From: Staphylococcus phage vB_SauM-UFV_DC4
Length of the DNA: 64,000 nt
Sequence record: MZ779063.1
Strand: one strand, 5' to 3'
Under the pieces are notes generated by a model, which was given only the letters and a program-made list of their open reading frames with translations, did not search any database and was not told the DNA's origin. The position numbers and the translations under genes are program-made. Below, piece by piece: positions 1 through 8,923 of this stretch. Each line of letters starts with the position of its first letter. Position 1 is the first letter of the stretch.

Positions 1-558
1 AAATTTGTATATCTTAAAACAGAAATAAAACCCAGTACTATTGTAGATTTAATAGATTCTTTATCAAGTGGTTTTAATTGGTTAATAAATGAATATATTT
101 CTAATGATATACTAAATATACATTATATAAAGAAAAATTTATTAGACATTTCCAATAGTGAATATAAAACTCTAGAAGAAACAAGATCTCAGTTAGATTT
201 AGAATTAGAATTCATAAGTAGTAATGAAAAACAAAGAAAGCAATCTAATATTTTAATAAAGGATATTCATAAAGAAATAAATTATATAAGGAATGAATAC
301 ACAAAAGTATTCACTCTTAAGAAAAGTAAAACCAGAAATAATAAACCAATAAAAATAAAAATTAGAAATTTATATGATGAAGATCCAATATCTATATTAA
401 AAATAATATTAGACTTAGGAGAAGAATATTGTATGAATAGTACTATATTTAACGCATTTACTTATTCATTAATGTTAACAAATAATTTAGATTTCATAGA
501 CGAAAAAGAATTTCAGGATATAGTTAAGAAAGAGAAAGTGAAAAATACTTTCATTTAA
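1..558 (+). CDS. Hypothetical protein, C-terminal 185 codons; N-terminus lies upstream of the window
   Basis: Frame 1 is open from nt 1 to TAA at 556-558. It is missing from the supplied ORF track because it has no in-window start. Lys/Asn/Ile-rich like neighbouring genes. Confidence 0.45.
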   Translation, partial: KFVYLKTEIKPSTIVDLIDSLSSGFNWLINEYISNDILNIHYIKKNLLDISNSEYKTLEETRSQLDLELEFISSNEKQRKQSNILIKDIHKEINYIRNEYTKVFTLKKSKTRNNKPIKIKIRNLYDEDPISILKIILDLGEEYCMNSTIFNAFTYSLMLTNNLDFIDEKEFQDIVKKEKVKNTFI

Positions 559-754
559 AACATTATTCATATAGTTTGAGGAAATTTTCCTTAAGCTATA
601 TGAATTATTTTATTTTTTTTCTAAAAATATAAACTAATTTATATTAATAATTTTTATAATGTATCATTCACTTAGTCGCAAATATTTATTTATTTTAAGA
701 ACATAAATTTTATATCAAATAATATAGAATTTTTAAAAAGGAGAATTTAATTTT

Positions 755-1318
755 ATGGAAAAATATGATAAATTAACTGAAGAATTAGAAGCTTTATATG
801 AGCAATCTCAAGAAGAAGCTCTAGAAGAACAGTTCGAAAGCATTATCGAATCAACTGATGAAGATAAAGCAGAAGAAGTTGAAGATAAAGATTCTAAAGA
901 AGATTCAGACGAAGAAGAAACATCTGTTGAAGAACAATTTAACAGTATCTTAGAATCAGAAGATGAAGAATCTGATGAGGAAGAAGATGACGAAGATTCA
1001 GAAGAAGAACCGGTTGAAGAATCTGATGAGGAAGATTCAGAAGACGATTCAGAAGATGATGAAGATTCTTTAGAAGAAGAATTAAATCGTTTATTTGAAG
1101 AAAATGAAGACCCAGAAATGGATGTCGAAAAGCAAACTACAAAAGCTAATGACATGAACTCAAAAAAATCATCTGACTCTACTGAACATCCTGAAGAAGA
1201 TGTGAAAAAAATCACTTCAGAAGATGAAGACGAAGAAGAAGATGCTGAAGATGACGAAGAAGAATCTACTAATGAAGATGAATCATTAGAAGAATCATTA
1301 GATCGTATCTTTGGTTAA
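755..1318 (+). CDS. Poly-acidic repeat protein, more than 50% Asp/Glu, four copies of an EEQF-S-I-L-E-like amphipathic motif separated by acidic linkers
   Basis: ORF with SD AAAGGAG 8 nt upstream. Internal repeats EEQFESIIES / EEQFNSILESED / EELNRLFEENED / ESLDRIFG. Confidence 0.7.
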   Translation: MEKYDKLTEELEALYEQSQEEALEEQFESIIESTDEDKAEEVEDKDSKEDSDEEETSVEEQFNSILESEDEESDEEEDDEDSEEEPVEESDEEDSEDDSEDDEDSLEEELNRLFEENEDPEMDVEKQTTKANDMNSKKSSDSTEHPEEDVKKITSEDEDEEEDAEDDEEESTNEDESLEESLDRIFG

Positions 1319-1339
1319 TTATTAATTAATCTTTAAAAT

Positions 1340-1373
1340 ATCCCCTAACCTTATTAATTTAAGGTTAGGGGAT
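1340..1373. terminator. Bidirectional intrinsic terminator hairpin between convergent genes
   Basis: 12-bp perfect stem tcccctaacctt / aaggttagggga, 8-nt loop, A/T-rich flanks on both sides. Confidence 0.7.
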
Positions 1374-1387
1374 TAATATTGTATTTT

Positions 1388-1846
1388 TTATCTGAAATAA
1401 TTAGTATTATCAGTCATTTTTCTTCCAAAAGCATCTAGTCCATCTAATGGATTAACTTTATCTCCAGTTGTTTTAAAATCATCTCCACCATAAGTGCCGC
1501 TAAAATTTGTATCTACGCCTTTAGATAATTCTTCACTCATTTTATTTAAGTGTCTTACTCTTTCAACTTTTCTCTGATAATAGTCTTCTGCTTCTTGTTG
1601 AGATTTTAATCTATTTTCATCAATAGTTTCGTTATCTTTTAATTTAGTTACTGGAGTAAAACCATCCATAACTACATAAAATTTATCAATTTGATCCTGA
1701 TAAATAAAAGGTATTTTAGTTTTTAAATGTAAAGTAGTTGGTTCATCTTCATACTGTAATGTCTCATATTCAAGTATATTACCTTCTTTATCGACAGTGA
1801 CAGATATATCCATCATAATTTCTTCTTTTTTCTTTTCTTCTGACAA
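1388..1846 (-). CDS. Hypothetical protein, possible fibre-assembly accessory
   Basis: ORF immediately downstream of the 998-aa fibre gene on the same strand; apparent TTG start. Confidence 0.5.
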   Translation of the reverse strand: MSEEKKKEEIMMDISVTVDKEGNILEYETLQYEDEPTTLHLKTKIPFIYQDQIDKFYVVMDGFTPVTKLKDNETIDENRLKSQQEAEDYYQRKVERVRHLNKMSEELSKGVDTNFSGTYGGDDFKTTGDKVNPLDGLDAFGRKMTDNTNYFR

Positions 1847-1870
1847 GTCTTTTCATCTCTCTTTCATATT

Positions 1871-4867
1871 TTAGTTTCTTCCATAAATATAAGAGTTTAG
1901 GAACCAAGCATTTCCTTTTTGACCTGGTTTAACACGAGCTCGTATAGCTACTGAAGCTATAGATTGTTGTGGTATTCCTAAATCAACAATAATCTCTTTA
2001 AATTTAGTTTTAGTAACACTAGTAGAAGTGTCTTTAGGTATTGATACAGTTTTATCAAAAATTACACCATTCTGTTCGTTAAAAGAGTCTACTTTAATAT
2101 CTATACCACATTGTGGAGTAGCATACCATATACCAATGTGTAACCATCTAGTTTCATGTTGACCGTATAATGTCATAGCACGTCTAAAGTAGCTACCTGT
2201 AGTCTTATCACTAAACATAAATGCATTACCGACATTTTTAAATCTAGGAGTACCATTAGACATTAAATCTTGCACACCAGGTTCTGAACGTACATAAGCT
2301 GTAGTGAATCGTGGCATACCATTGTATACTAAATAACCACCATCAGGGCGTTTGATAGTGATACCGCCTTTAACTTCTCCCATAGCATCTAACATAGTTT
2401 GAACAACTATATTTTTAGACATTAAATTAGTAATAGCAGCTTCTTTAATAGTAGCTCTACCATTAGAAATTATTACATCACCATCATTAATATCAACCAT
2501 CTTAGATTTTAATTTAATACTATTAGGATCAATATCAAAAGAAGATAATTTATCATTAGATGAAGATGACATAGTAATACCATCAGCTAATAGAGATAAT
2601 GCAGAACCCATTTTTTCTATTTTAGTTTTATCAGCATTGTAAGTTTCTTTAGTAACACTTAGAGCGATATTATTTTCTGTTTGACTAATTCTACTTTCCA
2701 TATTAGTAATTCTAGCATTACTATCTTTAATAGACGGTTGCCAAGCAGTAGATTTATTACCTTCTTCAACTTTTAATCCTTCAATATCAACAGACATTGG
2801 GAAAGTTCCATTTTTATTAATAATCATATTAATTAATGTGTCAGTTGTAAATGAATCATTAGGAATAAATACTACTTCTATTAATGTTAAAGCAGAAGTA
2901 TCATCAAACGTAATATTACGTGAATCTTGACCTTTAGCAACACCATTAACAAAAGTATTAGTTATAGTTGAATTAGGTATACTAATATCAACATTAGTTA
3001 ATGTACCAGTTTTCTTTTCTAAGTTAAAGCTTAATATGTGTTCACGTCTATTTCTAACTTTATCTAATTTAAATTTAATACCTTGACCGTTAGCAGTTAA
3101 AGCTGTATTAAGTTCTCCGTATTCTAAATAATTAGTTTTAGTTAAAGTTACAGAACCAATTGGTGTAATATTAGCAATGCTAATTAAGTTCATACCGCCA
3201 ACTGTAATTTTACCGGCTTCTGTAACAGCATAACCATTAGAAATACTGTCAATAGATTTTTGAATAGCATCTTTAATATTCGATTGAGCTTCATTATATC
3301 TCAAGTAGTTAGTATTAAATTGAGCTATTTCTTCTTGAGTGGCTACACCGTCAATAATAGTATTAGTGATATCTTGTATTAGTATATTATATTTCTCATT
3401 AAATAAATCATATTTATTTTTTAAATCTGTTTTTACTGAATTAGCCATCATTTTATTAGGATAAAGTGTATTAAAGATTTTATCTATTTCAGCTTTATCT
3501 TTATCAATAACATTTTTCTGTTTATCAATAGCAATTCTTTCAGCATTAGATATAATACCATCTTTGAAAGCTTCAGTAACTGTATCACCTAAACCTACAG
3601 CATTCTTTTCGATATTAGTTATTTTACCATTAATAGTTTTATTATAGTTTTCTAACATATTATCATAATCTTCAGGTGCAGCTGTCCAGTCAGAAGACAC
3701 ACTACCTCGTTCAACTTTAACTCTAGCAATATCAAATGTACCACTTAATCCATTAAGGTCAGTATCTACTCCAAGAAGCAATTTAGTATTATTTCTTCCA
3801 GTTAGTGTTTGTTTATATACAAATGAATATCTATGCCATTCTTCATCAATATCTAAATACTTTTCAGCGATTGGTGTAGAATAATTACCAGAAGGATCAA
3901 TGAAGTAACAATAATCAAGTCTATTAAATGTATCTGATCTAAAATCAAATGAAATAGTATAAGTCTCATTATATTCTAGTTTAAAACCATTATAACTTTG
4001 AGCTCCTACTTGTCCTTCAATACCTTCAGTATTAATTGTAAAATAACTTTTACCGTTACTGTCTTGTCCAAAAGTTAAAGCATTTGGGTTTGATGAATTT
4101 AAAGCATCCGGTTTTAACAACCAATTACCTGAAACAGCTAAAGAATTTTCTAATAAGTTTTTACCACCAATAACAATACCGTCAATTTCAGATTTAGAAA
4201 CTGTTTGTTCTATTAAGTCTGCAAATTGAGATATCTGACTTTCAAATTCAGTTACTTTATTATTAACCGTATCTATATCAGCTCTAGTAACTGTATCTTG
4301 TAGAACTCTAGCTGTTTGTTCTCTAAATGATTCTAATTTAGTAATACTATCATTAATTTCATTAAGAGTGTAATCAGTAGCTATACTCTTAATGGACTCT
4401 GCAGTTTGTTCTACTTTAGTACTTAAATATTGTATAGATGATTCATATTTATTAACTTTAGACATTGCTATTGATAGGGACTCTTCATTAGATGAAACTC
4501 TTCCATTTAAAGAATCTAGATTACCTTTAATATCAGAATCCCATCCACCTTCAGCAACGCTATCAATATAGTCAATACTTAGTTTTTGGTATTTTCTTAA
4601 TTCAGTTTTTAATGTATCAAGTGTAACATAGTTAGATAAATCTAAATCAATATCGTGACTACCATCTAAATTTCTTAATTTTTCTATTAAATTATCATTT
4701 TCTTTATCTAAAGAATCAATACTTGTATTTAAGACATTAATTCTATTTTTATTATCTTCTGACAGATTTTTAATGCTATCTTGTTCTTGTAATAAAGAAT
4801 TGAATTTCGATTTAATAGAATTTATTTCTTCATTTATTTGAAGAAGATTTTTTTCTTTATCTTCCAT
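1871..4867 (-). CDS. Tail fibre / receptor-binding protein with N-terminal coiled coil and a CBM-like module
   Basis: 998 aa. N-terminal heptad-rich region. A GGKNLLENS ... ERGSVSSDWTAAPEDY module matches those in the 2662-aa neighbour. Confidence 0.6.
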   Translation of the reverse strand: MEDKEKNLLQINEEINSIKSKFNSLLQEQDSIKNLSEDNKNRINVLNTSIDSLDKENDNLIEKLRNLDGSHDIDLDLSNYVTLDTLKTELRKYQKLSIDYIDSVAEGGWDSDIKGNLDSLNGRVSSNEESLSIAMSKVNKYESSIQYLSTKVEQTAESIKSIATDYTLNEINDSITKLESFREQTARVLQDTVTRADIDTVNNKVTEFESQISQFADLIEQTVSKSEIDGIVIGGKNLLENSLAVSGNWLLKPDALNSSNPNALTFGQDSNGKSYFTINTEGIEGQVGAQSYNGFKLEYNETYTISFDFRSDTFNRLDYCYFIDPSGNYSTPIAEKYLDIDEEWHRYSFVYKQTLTGRNNTKLLLGVDTDLNGLSGTFDIARVKVERGSVSSDWTAAPEDYDNMLENYNKTINGKITNIEKNAVGLGDTVTEAFKDGIISNAERIAIDKQKNVIDKDKAEIDKIFNTLYPNKMMANSVKTDLKNKYDLFNEKYNILIQDITNTIIDGVATQEEIAQFNTNYLRYNEAQSNIKDAIQKSIDSISNGYAVTEAGKITVGGMNLISIANITPIGSVTLTKTNYLEYGELNTALTANGQGIKFKLDKVRNRREHILSFNLEKKTGTLTNVDISIPNSTITNTFVNGVAKGQDSRNITFDDTSALTLIEVVFIPNDSFTTDTLINMIINKNGTFPMSVDIEGLKVEEGNKSTAWQPSIKDSNARITNMESRISQTENNIALSVTKETYNADKTKIEKMGSALSLLADGITMSSSSNDKLSSFDIDPNSIKLKSKMVDINDGDVIISNGRATIKEAAITNLMSKNIVVQTMLDAMGEVKGGITIKRPDGGYLVYNGMPRFTTAYVRSEPGVQDLMSNGTPRFKNVGNAFMFSDKTTGSYFRRAMTLYGQHETRWLHIGIWYATPQCGIDIKVDSFNEQNGVIFDKTVSIPKDTSTSVTKTKFKEIIVDLGIPQQSIASVAIRARVKPGQKGNAWFLNSYIYGRN

Positions 4868-4929
4868 TATTAAATTTCACCAAACTTTCATTTTTATTTA
4901 AATAATAAGTTGATGTTTTATGATTTTAA

Positions 4930-5436
4930 TTAAACGAATAATGAAAGATTGATTGCATTTGTATAAGGATCTGATAATTTATATACATAAATATTAGTAA
5001 TCATTAAATCTTTCATTTCAATTTCATTATTTTTCATCAATTCATCTAACTCTGTATCTTCTTTAATAGAATCAAAAATAGCTGGACCGATATACTTTAA
5101 TACTTCTTTGTCTAATTTGTCAGCTACATCTTCTTCATATTCTCTTAAGTAAGCTTCATACTCATCATTATTTCCCTGAAAACTTTGTTTATTTTTAGCA
5201 TGCAAATCTTCATCATCTAATTTAATAACAAATGTTGGTTTTTTAACATCAATATGTTTTTCTGCCGCTTCAGATCTAAATTTAAAGTTTTCAGATTTAT
5301 TAATAGTATCACGAATAATATCAACTGTATTCTCTAAATCGATATAGTTCATAATGTTATTTCTAATTCTCATTATTAACTGCAAATCTCTAATATCTTT
5401 TTCTTCATTAACTAATACATCTTTATTATTTCTCAT
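4930..5436 (-). CDS. Hypothetical protein
   Basis: ORF, ATG start, same strand as the fibre genes. Confidence 0.5.
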   Translation of the reverse strand: MRNNKDVLVNEEKDIRDLQLIMRIRNNIMNYIDLENTVDIIRDTINKSENFKFRSEAAEKHIDVKKPTFVIKLDDEDLHAKNKQSFQGNNDEYEAYLREYEEDVADKLDKEVLKYIGPAIFDSIKEDTELDELMKNNEIEMKDLMITNIYVYKLSDPYTNAINLSLFV

Positions 5437-5438
5437 TT

Positions 5439-6089
5439 TTATTTATTCTCCATTCTTTTCTCTTTTATTTTTTCTATTAATGTTTTATACTTGTCTAATA
5501 ATACTTTATCCATTCTACCTTTAGATTCTTCTAGATCATCTTTTACATATTTAATATGTATGAATGTTTTATCTTTAAAATCACTAGAATACTTCTTAAG
5601 AGAAGTTACTTTAAATATCTGAGCATCATCTTTCCAAAACATTTCATTCATAACATCAAATGTAGTTTTTTGGAAATTATCAACATCAGGAGTATTTGTT
5701 CTCTTAATTAAACCTAAAAGTTTAAATAATATAAGTTTTATTGAATCAGTATTATTACAAGGATTTCTTTCTGTAATTAATTCAAATTCAATAGGTTTTT
5801 CAAAATTATTTTTAATGATATCTTTTATAAAATCTTCTTTTAATTCTTCTTTCATTCTTTTCTTTAGTTCTTTTTTATATGTGTGTAAAGGATCATAAGT
5901 TCTCATTCCGCTTTTTCTATGTCTAAGATATTGATAAACTTCATGATCATCTATAGAAATAATAATTTCATTATCATTTACACTTTTATATTCAATATTA
6001 CAATTTTTAACTTCTTCAATTTTATCTAATATCTTTTTAGGTACTTCTTTTTTCTTTTTAGGCATTTTTTCATTCAATTCCTTTAGCAA
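5439..6089 (-). CDS. Hypothetical basic (Lys-rich) protein
   Basis: ORF. Start ambiguous: TTG at 6089, or ATG at 6065 giving MPKKKKEV. Confidence 0.5.
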   Translation of the reverse strand: MLKELNEKMPKKKKEVPKKILDKIEEVKNCNIEYKSVNDNEIIISIDDHEVYQYLRHRKSGMRTYDPLHTYKKELKKRMKEELKEDFIKDIIKNNFEKPIEFELITERNPCNNTDSIKLILFKLLGLIKRTNTPDVDNFQKTTFDVMNEMFWKDDAQIFKVTSLKKYSSDFKDKTFIHIKYVKDDLEESKGRMDKVLLDKYKTLIEKIKEKRMENK

Positions 6090-6184
6090 AGTGTATATTT
6101 ATAATAATAACGTTATATGTATATTAAAATTTTTTATAAAATAAACGGTAACATTCAATTTAATGAATGTTACCGTAGAATATA

Positions 6185-6724
6185 TTAATTTGATTGATCT
6201 TCAGCAGATCCTCCACCTAAGATTTCAGGATTGTAATTAGCATCAGCTCTAACATCTGATTCTATTAATTCTTCATCATCTTCAGTAGAAACTTGTTGTT
6301 CTAAACCTTCACTCTCAGGGATTTCTGGATCCTTTGACAAGTTTGTAGTTTCTTGGTTGCTCTCTTGCTCCAAAAAAGGTTTCACTGGAGGAAGAACCGT
6401 ACCGTCATAGTCCATTGCTTGAAGAGATTTTTCATTATTTGTAGTAGGTCTACTTTTAGCTAAGTTACGTTCAGAGTCAGCTATTCCTTCAGTAGTACTA
6501 TCTACAAAACGACCAACTAAACTAGATATAACCCCTGCTAAAACTTGAACAATACTTAAAACATTAGTTTCAGTGTCACCAGAAACTTCTCCGCCAAAAG
6601 CACGAATTAAGAAAATAACTACGTTGACTAATTGAACTAATAGGGCTGCTGTCCATGCTTTATTTTTAAATCTAACTAATACGTTAATCTGTTTATCTTT
6701 ACCAATTTTTAAATTTTTTCCCAA
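6185..6724 (-). CDS. Holin-like membrane protein: two N-terminal TM helices and a long acidic C-terminal tail
   Basis: TM segments AWTAALLVQLVNVVIFLI and VLSIVQVLAGVISSLVG. TTG start with AAGGAG SD 10 nt upstream. Follows the XhlA-like gene. Confidence 0.4.
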   Translation of the reverse strand: MGKNLKIGKDKQINVLVRFKNKAWTAALLVQLVNVVIFLIRAFGGEVSGDTETNVLSIVQVLAGVISSLVGRFVDSTTEGIADSERNLAKSRPTTNNEKSLQAMDYDGTVLPPVKPFLEQESNQETTNLSKDPEIPESEGLEQQVSTEDDEELIESDVRADANYNPEILGGGSAEDQSN

Positions 6725-6764
6725 TTTAATATTTCTCCTTTTTTATTAAAATAAATATTTAAAA

Positions 6765-7322
6765 CTATCCTCCAAATATTCTTCTAAGTATATCTAAGAT
6801 TACTGAAGGAGCTAATATCAAAGACACTATATTGACAAATAAATTTCTTTTAAAAGTTTTATTTTCTTTTTCATCATTAGAACCGTCTTCAATCTTCTTA
6901 AACTCAATTTCAAAGTCTTCTATATTAAGTTTACTATCTAAACCCAATCTTAAATCTTGTATATCACTAGTTATTTTTCTTTCAACTTGTTCAACATTTT
7001 GATTTAATTCTTGTTTAACAGATTGTATTTGTGATTCTAATTCATAATGTCTTCTTTTTCTTTCTTCTTCTTCAATTTTTCTATTTTCTCTATCTTCTTT
7101 CATTTCTTTTCTAATTTCTTCAGTATTTTTACCCATGCTTTCAAGTAATACTTCTACACGTACTAAAGTGTTACTTGTTTTTTGACTCTCGGATTTAACT
7201 TCATCTATTTTCTTATCAAACTTCTCTTCAATTTCTTCTTTAAGTGAATTATTTGACTTTAGTAATTCTAATTCAGTTATAGATTTACTATTTTCATACA
7301 ATCTTCTTTTATCTTCTTCCAT
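6765..7322 (-). CDS. Coiled-coil protein with C-terminal tail-anchor TM, XhlA-like architecture
   Basis: About 150 aa of Glu/Lys-rich coiled coil, then LFVNIVSLILAPSVILDILRRIFGG. Start overlaps the upstream gene by 14 nt (coupling). Confidence 0.4.
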   Translation of the reverse strand: MEEDKRRLYENSKSITELELLKSNNSLKEEIEEKFDKKIDEVKSESQKTSNTLVRVEVLLESMGKNTEEIRKEMKEDRENRKIEEEERKRRHYELESQIQSVKQELNQNVEQVERKITSDIQDLRLGLDSKLNIEDFEIEFKKIEDGSNDEKENKTFKRNLFVNIVSLILAPSVILDILRRIFGG

Positions 7323-7803
7323 TTATAATAGATTCCATTCTCATTTCAAGAATTGTAAATACTGCAAAGAAGAGATTTAGGAAAGAGATGATGATTTTTA
7401 ATATTATAGTAGATTGCATACCAGCACTATCTAAAGATAGAATAGCGTATATTAAAAATAGAGCGAAGTTAATAAATGCACCTATAGTCATTAAAGGTTT
7501 TGTCATGAAATTATCCAAGAATAGGGAAGCGGCTAAAGCCAATCCTCCAATAATTAAAAATACTCCATATGTTTTTAAATCCATAAAATGAGAAATAGCC
7601 ACATAAATATCTGATGTTCTATAAGCTTCTCTTGTTCTAAAAACAAATTGAAAACCATAAATTAAAGAATAAACAGCTAAGAAAATAGGAGTTATATAAT
7701 ATTTAAATTGCTTAAGAAAATAATATAATTTGATGACTAAACTATTTGCTTCTTCAACACTTAGATTATCTTCTCTATCATTATTTTTATTATCGTCCGT
7801 CAT
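7309..7803 (-). CDS. Integral membrane protein, about 4 TM helices
   Basis: Four hydrophobic 20-aa stretches. First gene of a three-gene membrane cluster. Confidence 0.5.
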   Translation of the reverse strand: MTDDNKNNDREDNLSVEEANSLVIKLYYFLKQFKYYITPIFLAVYSLIYGFQFVFRTREAYRTSDIYVAISHFMDLKTYGVFLIIGGLALAASLFLDNFMTKPLMTIGAFINFALFLIYAILSLDSAGMQSTIILKIIISFLNLFFAVFTILEMRMESIINGRR

Positions 7804-7903
7804 AGTTATTTTTCACATCCTATTCTTTTATTATAAATCTTTATTATAAACCTTTGTTCCTTTAATAGTCTTGATGAGTCCTATAAATTTTCGAGCAAAA
7901 TAA

Positions 7904-7937
7904 AGTCCCTAACACTCAAATAAGAATGTTAGGGACT
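7904..7937. terminator. Intrinsic terminator hairpin
   Basis: Stem agtccctaaca / tgttagggact with 12-nt loop, in a 273-bp gap between - strand genes. Confidence 0.55.
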
Positions 7938-8076
7938 GTTTGAAGACTTTGCCAAAATTAAAAGAAAAAAGAATAAAGATAGACAAGAACAAAGAAATTG
8001 TATGAAAGATATTTATGTAAATAACTTTCATATAAATATGTTCTATTTTTCTTTATTCAATTGATGCTGATAAGAA

Positions 8077-8493
8077 TTACTGGTTAGGTAAAGATCCACC
8101 TTGAGCTGTTGAAGGGTTTTCAGGATCTTCTTCTTGAGGTTCTACTTCTGTAGCTCGACCAACACCTTGAACTTCAGAATCTTCAACTGAATCCTCAACC
8201 ATATGTTCTTCATCAATAGGATCGATTTCTTCAACTAATTCTTCACTACTATTGTGGGTTCCGCTTGTATACCATGTTTGAGATCCTCTAAAATCATTAG
8301 CTGGATCATATGATGGATCCGTCACCCAATCACCATTATTAGAATTTTCTTCATTGAAAGCAATTTCATTTAAAATTTCTTCAACTAATGCTTTTAACCC
8401 ATTGCCTTCAGAAACTTCTTCTAATTCCAATACTCCTTTAGCAACTAAGGTTGCATGAAAAGTTACAATAAAAGATTTTTTACTAAATTCCAT
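8077..8493 (-). CDS. Hypothetical acidic protein
   Basis: ORF; acidic, Pro/Glu-rich C-terminus. Confidence 0.5.
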   Translation of the reverse strand: MEFSKKSFIVTFHATLVAKGVLELEEVSEGNGLKALVEEILNEIAFNEENSNNGDWVTDPSYDPANDFRGSQTWYTSGTHNSSEELVEEIDPIDEEHMVEDSVEDSEVQGVGRATEVEPQEEDPENPSTAQGGSLPNQ

Positions 8494-8508
8494 AATATAA
8501 AATTCCTC

Positions 8509-8877
8509 CTATTTTCTATTAGCCATTAAAGCAGCTAATCTCTCTTGAAGCTCACGAATTTCTTTTTCTTCAGGAGTTTCTTCTGGTTCTTCTTTCTTAT
8601 TAAAAGTTTCACCTGGTTTTTCAGCTAATCTAGGAGTAGCATTTTCATATTCTATTTTTAATTTTTCCATCTGTTCACGAATATTATGGTCTACAATAAA
8701 TATTACAGATTCTTTAGTTGAATCATTCATATTTCCTATAGAATAACCATAGAAATATCCTTCTTCATCTATATCTTGCATATTTATGATTAGCCAGAAT
8801 CGACCATCAATTCTTTTTCCTCTTTCATCATACATATTTTTATGTGTTTCTACAAATGCCAATAAGAAAACCTCCAC
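8509..8877 (-). CDS. Hypothetical protein
   Basis: ORF directly downstream of the giant fibre gene. Confidence 0.5.
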   Translation of the reverse strand: MEVFLLAFVETHKNMYDERGKRIDGRFWLIINMQDIDEEGYFYGYSIGNMNDSTKESVIFIVDHNIREQMEKLKIEYENATPRLAEKPGETFNKKEEPEETPEEKEIRELQERLAALMANRK

Positions 8878-8923
8878 TATATTATTTTAATTTATAAATA
8901 ATAGTTTAAAATAATATAGTTAG

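Noticed and set aside
808-1215. 135-aa ORF antisense to the poly-acidic gene
   Set aside because: It is a Ser-rich mirror of GAA/GAT repeats on the other strand, which is a typical low-complexity antisense artefact.
7388-7591. 67-aa + strand ORF
   Set aside because: Fully inside and antisense to the 4-TM membrane protein gene. The ORFs 17140..17376, 21683..21964, 24847..25038, 28932..29138, 29185..29421, 30233..30466, 38622..38840, 38933..39118, 43317..43532, 43956..44150, 45748..45957 and 46184..46399 are rejected for the same reason.
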